A DNA stretch of 64,000 nucleotides from a bacterium. GTDB taxonomy: Bacteria; Zixibacteria; MSB-5A5; GN15; FEB-12. This document shows positions 8,222 through 17,480 of the stretch, one piece after another. The stretch is from positions 32,001-96,000 of the forward strand of contig JBDRNJ010000039.1 in the NCBI GenBank assembly GCA_043811375.1, in the 5' to 3' direction. Position 1 is the stretch's first letter. Every line of letters begins with the position of its first letter. The notes below the pieces were generated by a model, which was not told where the DNA came from, made no database searches, and worked only from the letters and a program-made list of their open reading frames with translations. The position numbers and the translations under genes were made by a program.

Positions 8222-10772
8222 ATGAAACAGATGCAATCTCTGGTTTTTATGGCGTTGCTGATGCTGATGCCATTCGGAACGGCTCAAGGTGCCAATGAGA
8301 TCACCCTTGACCACGTAGCGAATGTCACCGGCAGCGATACTGTGATCACTGACGGGTATATCCCGGTGGGGGATACCGCCAGGTTCGTGTTCCGCTGGAC
8401 CTATCAGGATGGTACCAAGAATCTTGGTGCCTCCGCCAATGGCTTTCAGGTATACGAGAAAAACAATGGCACCTTCTTCCCGATTACCTATGATACTGTC
8501 TCTGGCTGTGGACTTGGTTCAAGGTTCAATGCGGTCTTTATTAACGATTTCTCCGTTTCGGGAACCGGCCGGGACACTATTGGCTTTGGAGGATATGCAA
8601 TCGCCCCGGGTATTGAAGTCGGATACAATACTGCAGTGTGGTTCATTACATCCGGAAGTGACAATGCCGGGGACACTGTTTGTATTGACTCCAGTTTTTA
8701 TCCACCGGGCGGCAGGTGGGCTTGGTCGTGGATGGGCGGGGGTACATTCGAGCCGGATTGGGGCGGACCCTATTGCTATCTGATCAAGGATACTATCGAA
8801 TTTCAGCCGGAGTTGGTGTTAACCCCGGACACGCTGCATTTCACTGCTGTCGAAGCCGGCGCTAACCCGCCTGCCGACAGCTTTGAAGTCACTGAGACCG
8901 GTGGCTTTAACATCGCTTTTGCGGCAGCCGAAACGGCCGGCTGGTTTTATCTGAACAAGACCGGCGGCACCACGCCGGAATATGTAACGGTGAATGCTGA
9001 TATTACCGGTCTTGCACCGGGCACTCATTTTGACTCGGTGGAAGTCAGTTCCGGTGTGGCGGTTAATTCGCCGCAGTTTGCCTATGTAACCCTGGAAGTG
9101 ACCCCGGCGCCGAAGTACCTGGCTGTTAATCCTGACACGCTGCATTTCACAGCTGTCGAAACCGGCGCTAACCCGCCTGCTGACAGCTTTGAAGTCACTG
9201 AGACCGGTGGCTTTAACATTGCTTTTGCGGTAGCGGAGACGGCTGGATGGTTTGGTGTCAACAAGACCGGCGGCACTACCCCGGAATATGTAACGGTGAA
9301 CGCTGATATTACCGGTCTTGCTCCGGGCACTCATTTTGATTCGGTGACGGTCAGTTCCGGTGAGGCGGACAATTCGCCGCAGTTTGCCTATGTGGCCCTG
9401 GAAGTGACGCCGGCACCAAAGTACCTGGCTGTTAATCCTGACACGCTGCATTTCACAGCTGTCGAAACCGGCGCTAACCCGCCTGCCGACAGCTTTGAAG
9501 TCACTGAGACCGGTGGCTTTAACATCGCTTTTGCGGTAGCGGAGACGGCTGGATGGTTTGGCATCAACAAAACCAGCGGCACGACGCTGGAGCAGGTGGC
9601 AGGTGACAGTGGATGTCAATATCACCGGCTTGAGCGCTGGTGACTATCTTGACTCGGTGACGGTCAGTTCCGGTGAGGCGGACAATTCGCCGCAGTTTGC
9701 TTATGTAACCCTGGAAGTGACGACTATTGCCGCTAACATAATCACTCTGGACCAGGTCAACAATGTCTCCGGCGGCGATACTGTAATTACGGACGGGTAC
9801 ATTCCGGTCGGTGATACTGTCAGGTTCACTTTCCGGTTGACTTACACTGATGGAACGAGCAAGCTCGGCGGCTCGTCCAACGGCTTCGAAGTGTATGAAG
9901 AAAACGGCGGAGACTTCTTCCCCATCGTCTGTGACACTCTACCGATCGGTTGGGATGCCTGGTACGAGATGTTTTTCTTCAGCTCCTTCAGCGTCGACGG
10001 TATGGGTGCCGATACGATCGGTTTTTCAGGCATTGACATCTTCTCGACACTGGGGATTCCCGTCGGTTTTGATTTGGCGGTCTGGTATATCGAGTCAGGC
10101 AGTGACATCGACGGTGATACTCTCTGTATCGACTCCAGTTATTTCCCTCCGAGCGGTGAATGGCTCTGGTTACCGCAGGGCGATGATATATTCACCCCGG
10201 ATTGGGGCGGACCCTACTGCTACCCCATCCAGGGTGAGGTTGAGATTCCGCCCACTGTGGCGATAAGCCCGGACACAATACGAGTTTTTCAGGCTAACGC
10301 CATCGACACTATCTGGACTTTCATCTATCTCGGCAATTTCACCGACGGTCACACCGTGAATGACATCGACCCGTCCTCTCTGATAATCAACTCAAGTATG
10401 ACGCCAACTTCCTGGGCCATCCTGCCCTCGCATCCGGGTTTTGTCGGCGAGGTGATGGAAATGACGTTGCCTATTCGCGATTTCATCCTGTATTATGGGT
10501 TGCTTTGGGACGCCACCGTCCAGGTTTACACAGTTGAAGGGGATTTCGTAAGCAAGTCTGATTTCTCCGTTGATGGCGAAGTTACCATGATCGGCCATAC
10601 CTCCGGCGATCTTGACGGCGATGGTGCAGTGACGGTTTCTGACCTGACTTACCTGGTGGCGTACCTGTTCACCGGAGGTAAACCGCCGGTGATGGAGGCT
10701 GCCGATGTCGACCACGACGGTATGGTCACTGTTTCGGACTTGACCACTCTGGTATATTTGCTGTTTGGATAG
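8222..10772 (+). pseudogene. secreted multi-domain protein (duplicated N-domain, three Ig/BACON-like repeats, C-terminal dockerin-type domain), frameshifted by a 7-bp duplication
   Basis: ORFs 8222..9643 and 9558..10772 join into 847 aa if one GCAGGTG copy (9592-9605) is removed. Signal peptide present; C-terminal GDLDGDGAVTVSDLTYLVAYLF...ADVDHDGMVTVSDL double EF-hand-like dockerin motif. Confidence 0.8.
8813..9722 (+). repeat. three near-identical 306-bp (102 aa) intragenic tandem repeats
   Basis: Units start at 8813, 9119 and 9425 (PDTLHFTAVE.GANPPADSFEVTETGGFNIAFA). Confidence 0.95.
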
Positions 10773-10840
10773 TTGGGTATTGGTGTGGCTTGTTTTTGAG
10801 TTATCGGCCCGCTCGACAGGAGGAGCGGAAGAGTAACTTT

Positions 10841-11566
10841 TTAAAGCGGTGTGCCCAGACGGGACCAACGGATGTGGGAGGGGAAGTTGTACAGTCCATA
10901 CCCGATCCACTGGACGGCGTTGAACACATAGGGGAATTCCCAGTTAGGGGCATCCGGGTCGGGCGCCCATGACCAGTAAACAAAGACCGCTTTCCCTCTG
11001 ACGTTCTCTTCGGGCACCGGGCCCCAGAAGCGGCTGTCGCGACTGTCGTCGCGGTTGTCACCCATGACGAACAGTTGTCCTTCCGGCACCAGGAAGGGGC
11101 CGAAATTGTCCCGGAATGAAAGATCGCCCGGAATTATGCGTTTGTCCATGTGTTTCGAGTGCGGTGGGATTTGGGCCACCTGCTCATTAACGTAAAGAAC
11201 TTTGTCGGCAATCTGTACCGTCTGGCCGGGAGTTGCCGCTACCCTTTTGATGAAATCTTTCTGCGGGTTGTTGGGATACTTGAATACGATAATGTCGCCC
11301 GTCTGCGGTGAACCACCGTACTGGTAGGCCAGCTTGTTGACGAAGATATAGTCTCCCTCAAACAGGGTATCGTCCATGGAAGACGAACTGACCCGATAGG
11401 CCGAAACTACGAACACCCGCAAGAGGACGGCGGCGACCAGGGCGATGATGGCGGTTTCGAGGTACTCCCGCCAGAGCGGTTTGCGCTCACGATGACGGCG
11501 AACCTTGCTGGCCTCTTTATTCGTCTGGGCCCGCTTGATATCCTGAATAAGAAAGTCTTGATCCAT
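10841..11566 (-). CDS. lepB: signal peptidase I
   Basis: TM segment then V.S.SM..TL..GD.IFVNK, DFIKRV, FVMGDNRDDSRDSRFWG. Confidence 0.95.
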   Translation of the reverse strand: MDQDFLIQDIKRAQTNKEASKVRRHRERKPLWREYLETAIIALVAAVLLRVFVVSAYRVSSSSMDDTLFEGDYIFVNKLAYQYGGSPQTGDIIVFKYPNNPQKDFIKRVAATPGQTVQIADKVLYVNEQVAQIPPHSKHMDKRIIPGDLSFRDNFGPFLVPEGQLFVMGDNRDDSRDSRFWGPVPEENVRGKAVFVYWSWAPDPDAPNWEFPYVFNAVQWIGYGLYNFPSHIRWSRLGTPL

Positions 11567-11708
11567 ACTCTTAGGGTTATCGGTTTCAGAAGATGATTCC
11601 TTTAGGCTGTATCGGTGGTTTTTGGTGATAACCGCAAGGGTGACTGCAAGATAAGACTCCGTAGCCAGTCTCGGCGAGTCGCCGGCTCAATTGACGCTCA
11701 TTAATGAA

Positions 11709-11734
11709 CGAAACCGGGTCAGACAATCTGCGTA
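11709..11734 (+). promoter_or_regulatory. putative ECF sigma factor promoter
   Basis: cGAAAC-N16-CGTA, matching the SigW-type TGAAAC-N16-CGTA consensus, upstream of the DUF4097 gene. Confidence 0.45.
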
Positions 11735-11855
11735 TCCAGAGTAAAGAGAAAGATATTCGTCCCGGGGCCGCCGACCGGCAATAATCCGGTTGCCGGACGA
11801 GGAGATTCTCTTTTTCTTGTCACAGTTTTTTAATCGGCGGCCACTTTGTAAATGT

Positions 11856-13838
11856 ATGAGGCATGACGTGGATCGGTTAACGAAAAGAAATACACCGGCA
11901 CGGCACGAGTTGCCCTGGGACGGTGTTACCGACAGAGATTATCCGGAAACACGGATCGCGGCGATTGCGGCCCGCCTGCCGGTCTGGCTGCTGCTGGTGC
12001 TGATGGTCAGTTTTCCGTCCGGCCCGATCATGTCCCAGTCGACTATACCGCCCAGCGAAGTGGTCAACGGTAAGCGGGAAAAACTTGTCCTGCACTTCAG
12101 CCAGGAAGCGCGGCTTATGGCTGAGGAATACCTCGACCTGTTAAAACAGTTGCGGGTTCTTTCCGATGATTATCGCGACTATTTCACTGCCGCTCACACC
12201 GAGTTGGCCGAGGTGCATCTGAAGGAGTTGTCGCTTCTTGCCCACCGCCTCGACGAGGGTGAATACCTGTCCGACCCGGAAAAATTGACCGTCGATATCG
12301 ACCAGGTGCAACGAGCAATAGAAAAGCAGCAGGCCGACCTGAAAAAAAGTGACCGCCGTGCATTCCGGCTGACGCACAGTCTCCAACAGGAGCTGGAGGT
12401 TATGCGGGCGCTGTTGGATGAGCAGACGGTGCAAGCACCCAGACGAAAAAAAGAATCATCGCTGCAAATGGAAGAGCTTCTGGAGGTGATCCGGGTGGCA
12501 ACCGAGGCAGGGACAGAGGGTTTGTCCGGTACCTTCATTATGATTACGACCGACCATGACGGCGACACCATCTCGATATCACTGGATGAACTTTGTGAGA
12601 TACCTCTGCCCGCAATTGTCGGCTTGGAGCCCCTACCGGCGCTTCGACAACCAGTGGTTGTTCCGGCCCCTCGCGAGATCGAGTTCATCAGTCGATCGGC
12701 GGGGTCGGGAGTAGTTCGAGAATTCGTCGACAGCATTCGGGTGACGTCCAATACTCAGCCGATCTACATTGACAATCCCATCGGTGATCTGGAGATATCC
12801 GGTTGGGATCGCCCGGAAATCGTGGTCGTCTCCACGGTCGAGGTGACGGCCGAATCGCGAGCTGAAGCCAAAAAGTACGCCGAGAGGGTGGCGCTGCAAA
12901 CCCGCAGTGAAGCCGATAAAATTCAGGTTGAAGTCATCGTACCCAGCCTGACCGATCCTCGAATCAGTGTCACCAACAGTGAACTGAGGGTCAGTGTGCC
13001 CAACCGCAACCCGCTGATCGTCACCGGTTCCTTCGGCAAGGTCTACATAACAAAGGTCCGTGGAGGTGTGATTCTTCAGGCCAATTACTCCCCGGTGGAA
13101 ATCGACAACGTGGACGGCCACGTTGTGATTGTCAATACGATGGCAAGAGTGGACTTGTCACGGATTACGGGAACGATCAAGGTGACGAATTCGTATGGCC
13201 CTATTGAGGTGTCGCGGTGCCACGGTGACATGGAGATCGAAAACTCCTTCTCATCGACGGAACTCTCTTATTGTGAAGGAAACGTGGTGATTCACAGCAG
13301 CGGCGACATTGACGTCCTGAGGCATTCCGGTTCCGTTCATATCGAGAACAAGAATGGGCGGGTTGAAGTAACCAAACTCGAGGGCAATCTCAGTGTGAGC
13401 AACTCTTTCCAGTTGCTTTCGGTGGAGGATATCTTCGGGTCGGCTGAGTTAAAGAATAACAACGCTAGTATCAGGATCTTTAATGTCACCGGCGAAATTT
13501 CAGCGGACAATTCCTACGGCTCCATATCCGGCGAACTCTTGTCTGGCCCGCTCCATCTGACCAATCGTAAAGGCAGTATCGACGTCACCCTTGCTGAGAA
13601 AGTGACCGGACCATCGACAATAGACGCCTCCTTTGGAAGCATCAGGCTGGCGGTGTGGCCCGGTTCGGACCTGTTGCTACAGGCAACGACAACCGGGGGA
13701 GATATTCAGAGTCATTATCCCCTGGATGTGGTCGACTCCGGTCTGATTAAGAAAACCCGATTATCTCTGGGTAAGGGATCTTCGCTATTGACCGTGACCG
13801 GTGGAAATTCGGAGATTCTGATAGAAGAAGCGCGGTAA
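11856..13838 (+). CDS. membrane-anchored DUF4097 (beta-strand repeat) protein with coiled-coil N-region
   Basis: Hydrophobic segment, helical region, then many short repeats such as NSYGPIEV / NSFQ.LSVEDI.G. Start uncertain (11790 or 11856). Confidence 0.7.
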   Translation: MRHDVDRLTKRNTPARHELPWDGVTDRDYPETRIAAIAARLPVWLLLVLMVSFPSGPIMSQSTIPPSEVVNGKREKLVLHFSQEARLMAEEYLDLLKQLRVLSDDYRDYFTAAHTELAEVHLKELSLLAHRLDEGEYLSDPEKLTVDIDQVQRAIEKQQADLKKSDRRAFRLTHSLQQELEVMRALLDEQTVQAPRRKKESSLQMEELLEVIRVATEAGTEGLSGTFIMITTDHDGDTISISLDELCEIPLPAIVGLEPLPALRQPVVVPAPREIEFISRSAGSGVVREFVDSIRVTSNTQPIYIDNPIGDLEISGWDRPEIVVVSTVEVTAESRAEAKKYAERVALQTRSEADKIQVEVIVPSLTDPRISVTNSELRVSVPNRNPLIVTGSFGKVYITKVRGGVILQANYSPVEIDNVDGHVVIVNTMARVDLSRITGTIKVTNSYGPIEVSRCHGDMEIENSFSSTELSYCEGNVVIHSSGDIDVLRHSGSVHIENKNGRVEVTKLEGNLSVSNSFQLLSVEDIFGSAELKNNNASIRIFNVTGEISADNSYGSISGELLSGPLHLTNRKGSIDVTLAEKVTGPSTIDASFGSIRLAVWPGSDLLLQATTTGGDIQSHYPLDVVDSGLIKKTRLSLGKGSSLLTVTGGNSEILIEEAR

Positions 13839-13885
13839 GCTACCCCGGTCTCACGTGAGTTCATCTACCCGGGCCGCCGGACTGA

Positions 13886-15205
13886 TTAAGTGGGTACCGT
13901 CTCCGGCTCATCGACGGTGAATCTTTCACCAAGCTGCTTTTTTAGATCAATGATGCGATCGTCGTCATGATAGATGGTGGTCTCAAACGACGTCAATCGA
14001 GTCAGTTCCTCCATGACTGACTGCACCGTTTTTACCGCCGCCAGAATAATCCGCATGGCTTTGTCGATCGCTTCCTGTTGAGCAACGACATCATCCTTTT
14101 GCAGAGTTACCTGTACTAATTGGGCGCGGCCAAGGATCGTCCCCAGGGCATTGTTGATGTAATGGTTAAATGTTGCCGATATCGTTTTGAGCGTCTCGAG
14201 AGCCGCTCGATCAAGTTCGGCCTGAGCCAGTTTTTGCTGCATCCGACGCTGTTCTCGCAACATCCCTTCAACGGTTTCATACTGATGAAACAACATACGA
14301 TTAGCTTCGGCCAGCAGGTCGCTCGGTGACCCCACCTCGATTTCCAGAAACTGCGCTTCCACCATTGTTTGGTCCAGGTGGGTTTTTTCTATCTCAGTCA
14401 ATTTCTCATCCGACAACTTCAGGCTGGATGTCAGGTTCTTTTTTCTGTCGAGCATTGAAGGACTCATCGCCCCGACGTCGGTCACGGTGAAACGAGCCAT
14501 GACCTCTGCCAGAGATATCGTCTGCGGCAGACGCAGGTCCGGTTCCCAGGTATCGCTGCCGAAATCGTGATAGTGATGACCGACCGCTTCACACATAGAC
14601 ACCGGCAATTTCCACTGTTCCATCAGGAATTGCCCCACCCGGGCGTGGTTGGTGCCAAATTGTTGCTCTTCTTGTTCCACCGCTTCGTCTTCCGACACCG
14701 ACCGCCCCCAGATCCGCTGAGATTCATCGGGAAAAGCTTTCTGAAGTACCAGCAGGCCGATGTCATGCAGGAGGCCACAGGCAAAGGCTTCCTCCACGGG
14801 CGAGTGCCCGACCGCTTCGGCGATCATTCGCGCTGCTACGGCTACTTCCAATGAGTGTCTCCAGAAACGCACCTGATCGAAAGTGGTCGACCAGCGACCG
14901 GTCAGGTCATAAACCGACGCCGACAGTGCAATCGCCGTTACGGCCCTGATCCCGAGCATCATAACGCCCTGCCGGACTGAAGATATCTCTCGCCCGGCAC
15001 CGTAGAACGGCGAGTTGACGGTTCGTAGAATCCGGACCGTCAGGGCGGGATCGCGCCTGAGGACATCCGCCAGGTCACCGGCCGAGGAGTCTTCGTCTCC
15101 GGCTACCCGTAGCACCTCGACCAGTGTCTGCGGCAGGGATGAAAGCTCCTGGTGTTCATCAAGAATCGTCTGGAATATGTCTGTGCTCATAGTACTCGCA
15201 GTCAT
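13886..15205 (-). CDS. HDOD domain protein with C-terminal HisKA-like helix pair
   Basis: LSSLP, DPALT.RILR.VNSPFYG, FWRHS, GLLHDIG; C-terminal ATFNHYINNALGTILG resembles a kinase H-box. Start 15205 or 15190. Confidence 0.85.
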   Translation of the reverse strand: MTASTMSTDIFQTILDEHQELSSLPQTLVEVLRVAGDEDSSAGDLADVLRRDPALTVRILRTVNSPFYGAGREISSVRQGVMMLGIRAVTAIALSASVYDLTGRWSTTFDQVRFWRHSLEVAVAARMIAEAVGHSPVEEAFACGLLHDIGLLVLQKAFPDESQRIWGRSVSEDEAVEQEEQQFGTNHARVGQFLMEQWKLPVSMCEAVGHHYHDFGSDTWEPDLRLPQTISLAEVMARFTVTDVGAMSPSMLDRKKNLTSSLKLSDEKLTEIEKTHLDQTMVEAQFLEIEVGSPSDLLAEANRMLFHQYETVEGMLREQRRMQQKLAQAELDRAALETLKTISATFNHYINNALGTILGRAQLVQVTLQKDDVVAQQEAIDKAMRIILAAVKTVQSVMEELTRLTSFETTIYHDDDRIIDLKKQLGERFTVDEPETVPT

Positions 15206-15319
15206 ATCCCATATATCGACTGATTCGTGGGGGGATTTACGTCTGCCGCCCACAACGCCAGACCCTCTGTCACGCGATTGAGAATACCGGTGACTTGTCA
15301 CCGGCGATACCCCCAGCGT

Positions 15320-16546
15320 TCAGCGGCATCTGTCCAGTTTGGATTTCAGGCGCTGCAGGCGTTTTATCAGCAGTTGCTGCTGACGCCGACTGGGGGGAGT
15401 AATATTATCCGCCCGTCGGGTGTAATGAAAGGCCCGGTCGATGTCTTTAACCCTGTGTTCATAGTACTTGGCCAACTCCACGTTGGCCCGGAAACCTTCC
15501 CGGGAGGAAGCTCCGGAGAGCTTTCCCCACAGTGTCGCCGCCTGATCCCAATGACCGGCTCTCTTGAAAACCTGAGCATGAAACAACAGCATATCATCTG
15601 GTGGCGACCCGGGCGTCAGGGCGTCTATACGTTGATACAAGTCGATAACACGCCGGTTATCGCGACGGCGATTATATATCCGAGACAATGAGTAGAGATC
15701 ATCGGCTGAGTTCAGCAGGCGCCCTTCGGTCTGAAACGTCTGCACCAGGTAAACCGTCAGAAACCAGAGTGAAACTATGTCGAGCCGGTTATGTTCCATA
15801 ACGGCTGCCAACGGTTTCGGGTTCTGCCGGGCCAGCCAGTCGAAATAGACGGACGGGATCAGGTAACCGGGAATGTCGTCTTCCCGGAAGAAACCGAACA
15901 GTTCCCGTTCGATATTGACCAGACGACAGTCACCCAGTCGCCGACGAAACAGACGCCGTACGGGATGCAGCAGGTCAAGGTGGCGTTGAAAAGGAAGCCG
16001 GCGTGCCACCCGATTGATTATCATACGGTCTCTAAGAAGCGGGAGATCGAAAGCGGCTCCGTTGTAGCTGACCACGGTCCGCTCGTTGCCGAACTCCGTC
16101 AGCAACACCTCCAGCATGGCTGCTTCATCGGAGTAGTCGGGAATCAGGTATTGCCGCACCTGCAGTCCATTGTCGACAACCGAAGCACACCCCACCAGGA
16201 AAGCGACCGCCCCGGCTCCTCCCAGACCGGTCGTTTCGGTGTCAATCATCAGCAGCGACTCCGGCCGGATACTGTCCGGTTCGTCCCGCCAGGTAAAGGC
16301 GGAAGCGGGTAACGACTCGACACTCAGCGTTTCGTCCAGTGTCAGATCACCATGGCGGTAGGTTGGTGTATAGAAAGTTTTTGCCAGGCAGAAGGAACCG
16401 GCCGCACCGCTGACAATCCCCCCACCCAAAGCATCGGCCATCCGGAGGTAACTATCCGGCGCCGATACTGGCTCAGCTACTGATCTCTCACCGAGAATAG
16501 CGCCATGAAATTGATCAAGCCGGTGACGCAGGTTATTGGTCGACAT
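15320..16546 (-). CDS. RNase H-like (YprB/MrfB family) DEDD exonuclease with C-terminal TPR
   Basis: IDTETTGLGGAG, SYNGAAFDLPLL, HLDLLH, DDIPG..IP..Y, HNRLDI; ELAKYYEHR C-terminal motif. Confidence 0.88.
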   Translation of the reverse strand: MSTNNLRHRLDQFHGAILGERSVAEPVSAPDSYLRMADALGGGIVSGAAGSFCLAKTFYTPTYRHGDLTLDETLSVESLPASAFTWRDEPDSIRPESLLMIDTETTGLGGAGAVAFLVGCASVVDNGLQVRQYLIPDYSDEAAMLEVLLTEFGNERTVVSYNGAAFDLPLLRDRMIINRVARRLPFQRHLDLLHPVRRLFRRRLGDCRLVNIERELFGFFREDDIPGYLIPSVYFDWLARQNPKPLAAVMEHNRLDIVSLWFLTVYLVQTFQTEGRLLNSADDLYSLSRIYNRRRDNRRVIDLYQRIDALTPGSPPDDMLLFHAQVFKRAGHWDQAATLWGKLSGASSREGFRANVELAKYYEHRVKDIDRAFHYTRRADNITPPSRRQQQLLIKRLQRLKSKLDRCR

Positions 16547-17480
16547 CTGATACTGCCCGGCGGGTCGATTGTATTTTGAGCCGGGTGAAACGATCTGTCT
16601 CGCGGTCCGTCAACATCCGGTGGTAACCGCAGTTGTCAAGTGGGTCAGCTTTGATAATCGCGGTCGCGGCGTGCGCTCGCCGGTCGGGATCGTCGGACAG
16701 TGTTTGCCCCAGAAGCAGTTCCAGGGCTTCATCGGTGCCGATTTCGCCCAGCAACCGGCAACCGAGATCACCAACGAAATCGTTGTCCGATGCCAATGAA
16801 TCACCAAGAACCGCCATTACATCGACCGTATCCATCTTCAAAAGTGCTTCGGCGGCCGCCAGACGGACGCCATAAAACGAATCTCCCAGAAGGTGCACCA
16901 GTGACGCAACAGAGCGAGCTACTGTCAGTTTGCCACAAGCCACCACGGCTGCTTTGCGGACCTGCCCGATAGTGTCACCCAGGGCTTCCACGGCGGCTTC
17001 GCTGCCCCGTTGATCGCCAATCTTGCCCAGCGCACCTATGGCCTGGTCACGCACCTGCCAGCGAGAATGACCAGTCACGTCTATCAGCGGCTGCACGGCG
17101 GCAGTATCGCCGATGTCGCCCAACGCCCAACAGACCCGCTGCACCACCAGGCCGTCGCTTCGCTTCAGCGCCGTCACCAGGTAAGGCACCGCCTCGGAGC
17201 CGATCTTCTGCAGGATCCAGATTATCGTCCACCGTTCACGCGCCGACTTGGTGGTTAACTTATCCACCAGGATCGGCACCGCGTCAATTCCGAGTGCCGC
17301 AATCGAATCCTGTGCCGGTTCGACCAGATCCCGGTATTTCACTTCACCGGACGAAGCAATCACAAACAGTGAATCAATCTTTCGCTCCAGGGCGGCGTCG
17401 GTGGCCGCCGTTTCAACGGTTATCAACGCCACAAATAACAGCAACACCGTCGCCTGCGATATCACATTCTTACGCATCAT
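16533..17480 (-). CDS. exported HEAT-repeat protein
   Basis: Signal peptide; repeated VR..A..ALG.IG...AV..L motifs. Confidence 0.85.
   Translation of the reverse strand: MMRKNVISQATVLLLFVALITVETAATDAALERKIDSLFVIASSGEVKYRDLVEPAQDSIAALGIDAVPILVDKLTTKSARERWTIIWILQKIGSEAVPYLVTALKRSDGLVVQRVCWALGDIGDTAAVQPLIDVTGHSRWQVRDQAIGALGKIGDQRGSEAAVEALGDTIGQVRKAAVVACGKLTVARSVASLVHLLGDSFYGVRLAAAEALLKMDTVDVMAVLGDSLASDNDFVGDLGCRLLGEIGTDEALELLLGQTLSDDPDRRAHAATAIIKADPLDNCGYHRMLTDRETDRFTRLKIQSTRRAVSDVDQ

Noticed and set aside
8290..10230. Duplicated domains as diversity-generating retroelement template/variable repeats
   Set aside because: Differences are not restricted to adenines, both copies are in-frame coding, and no reverse transcriptase is present.
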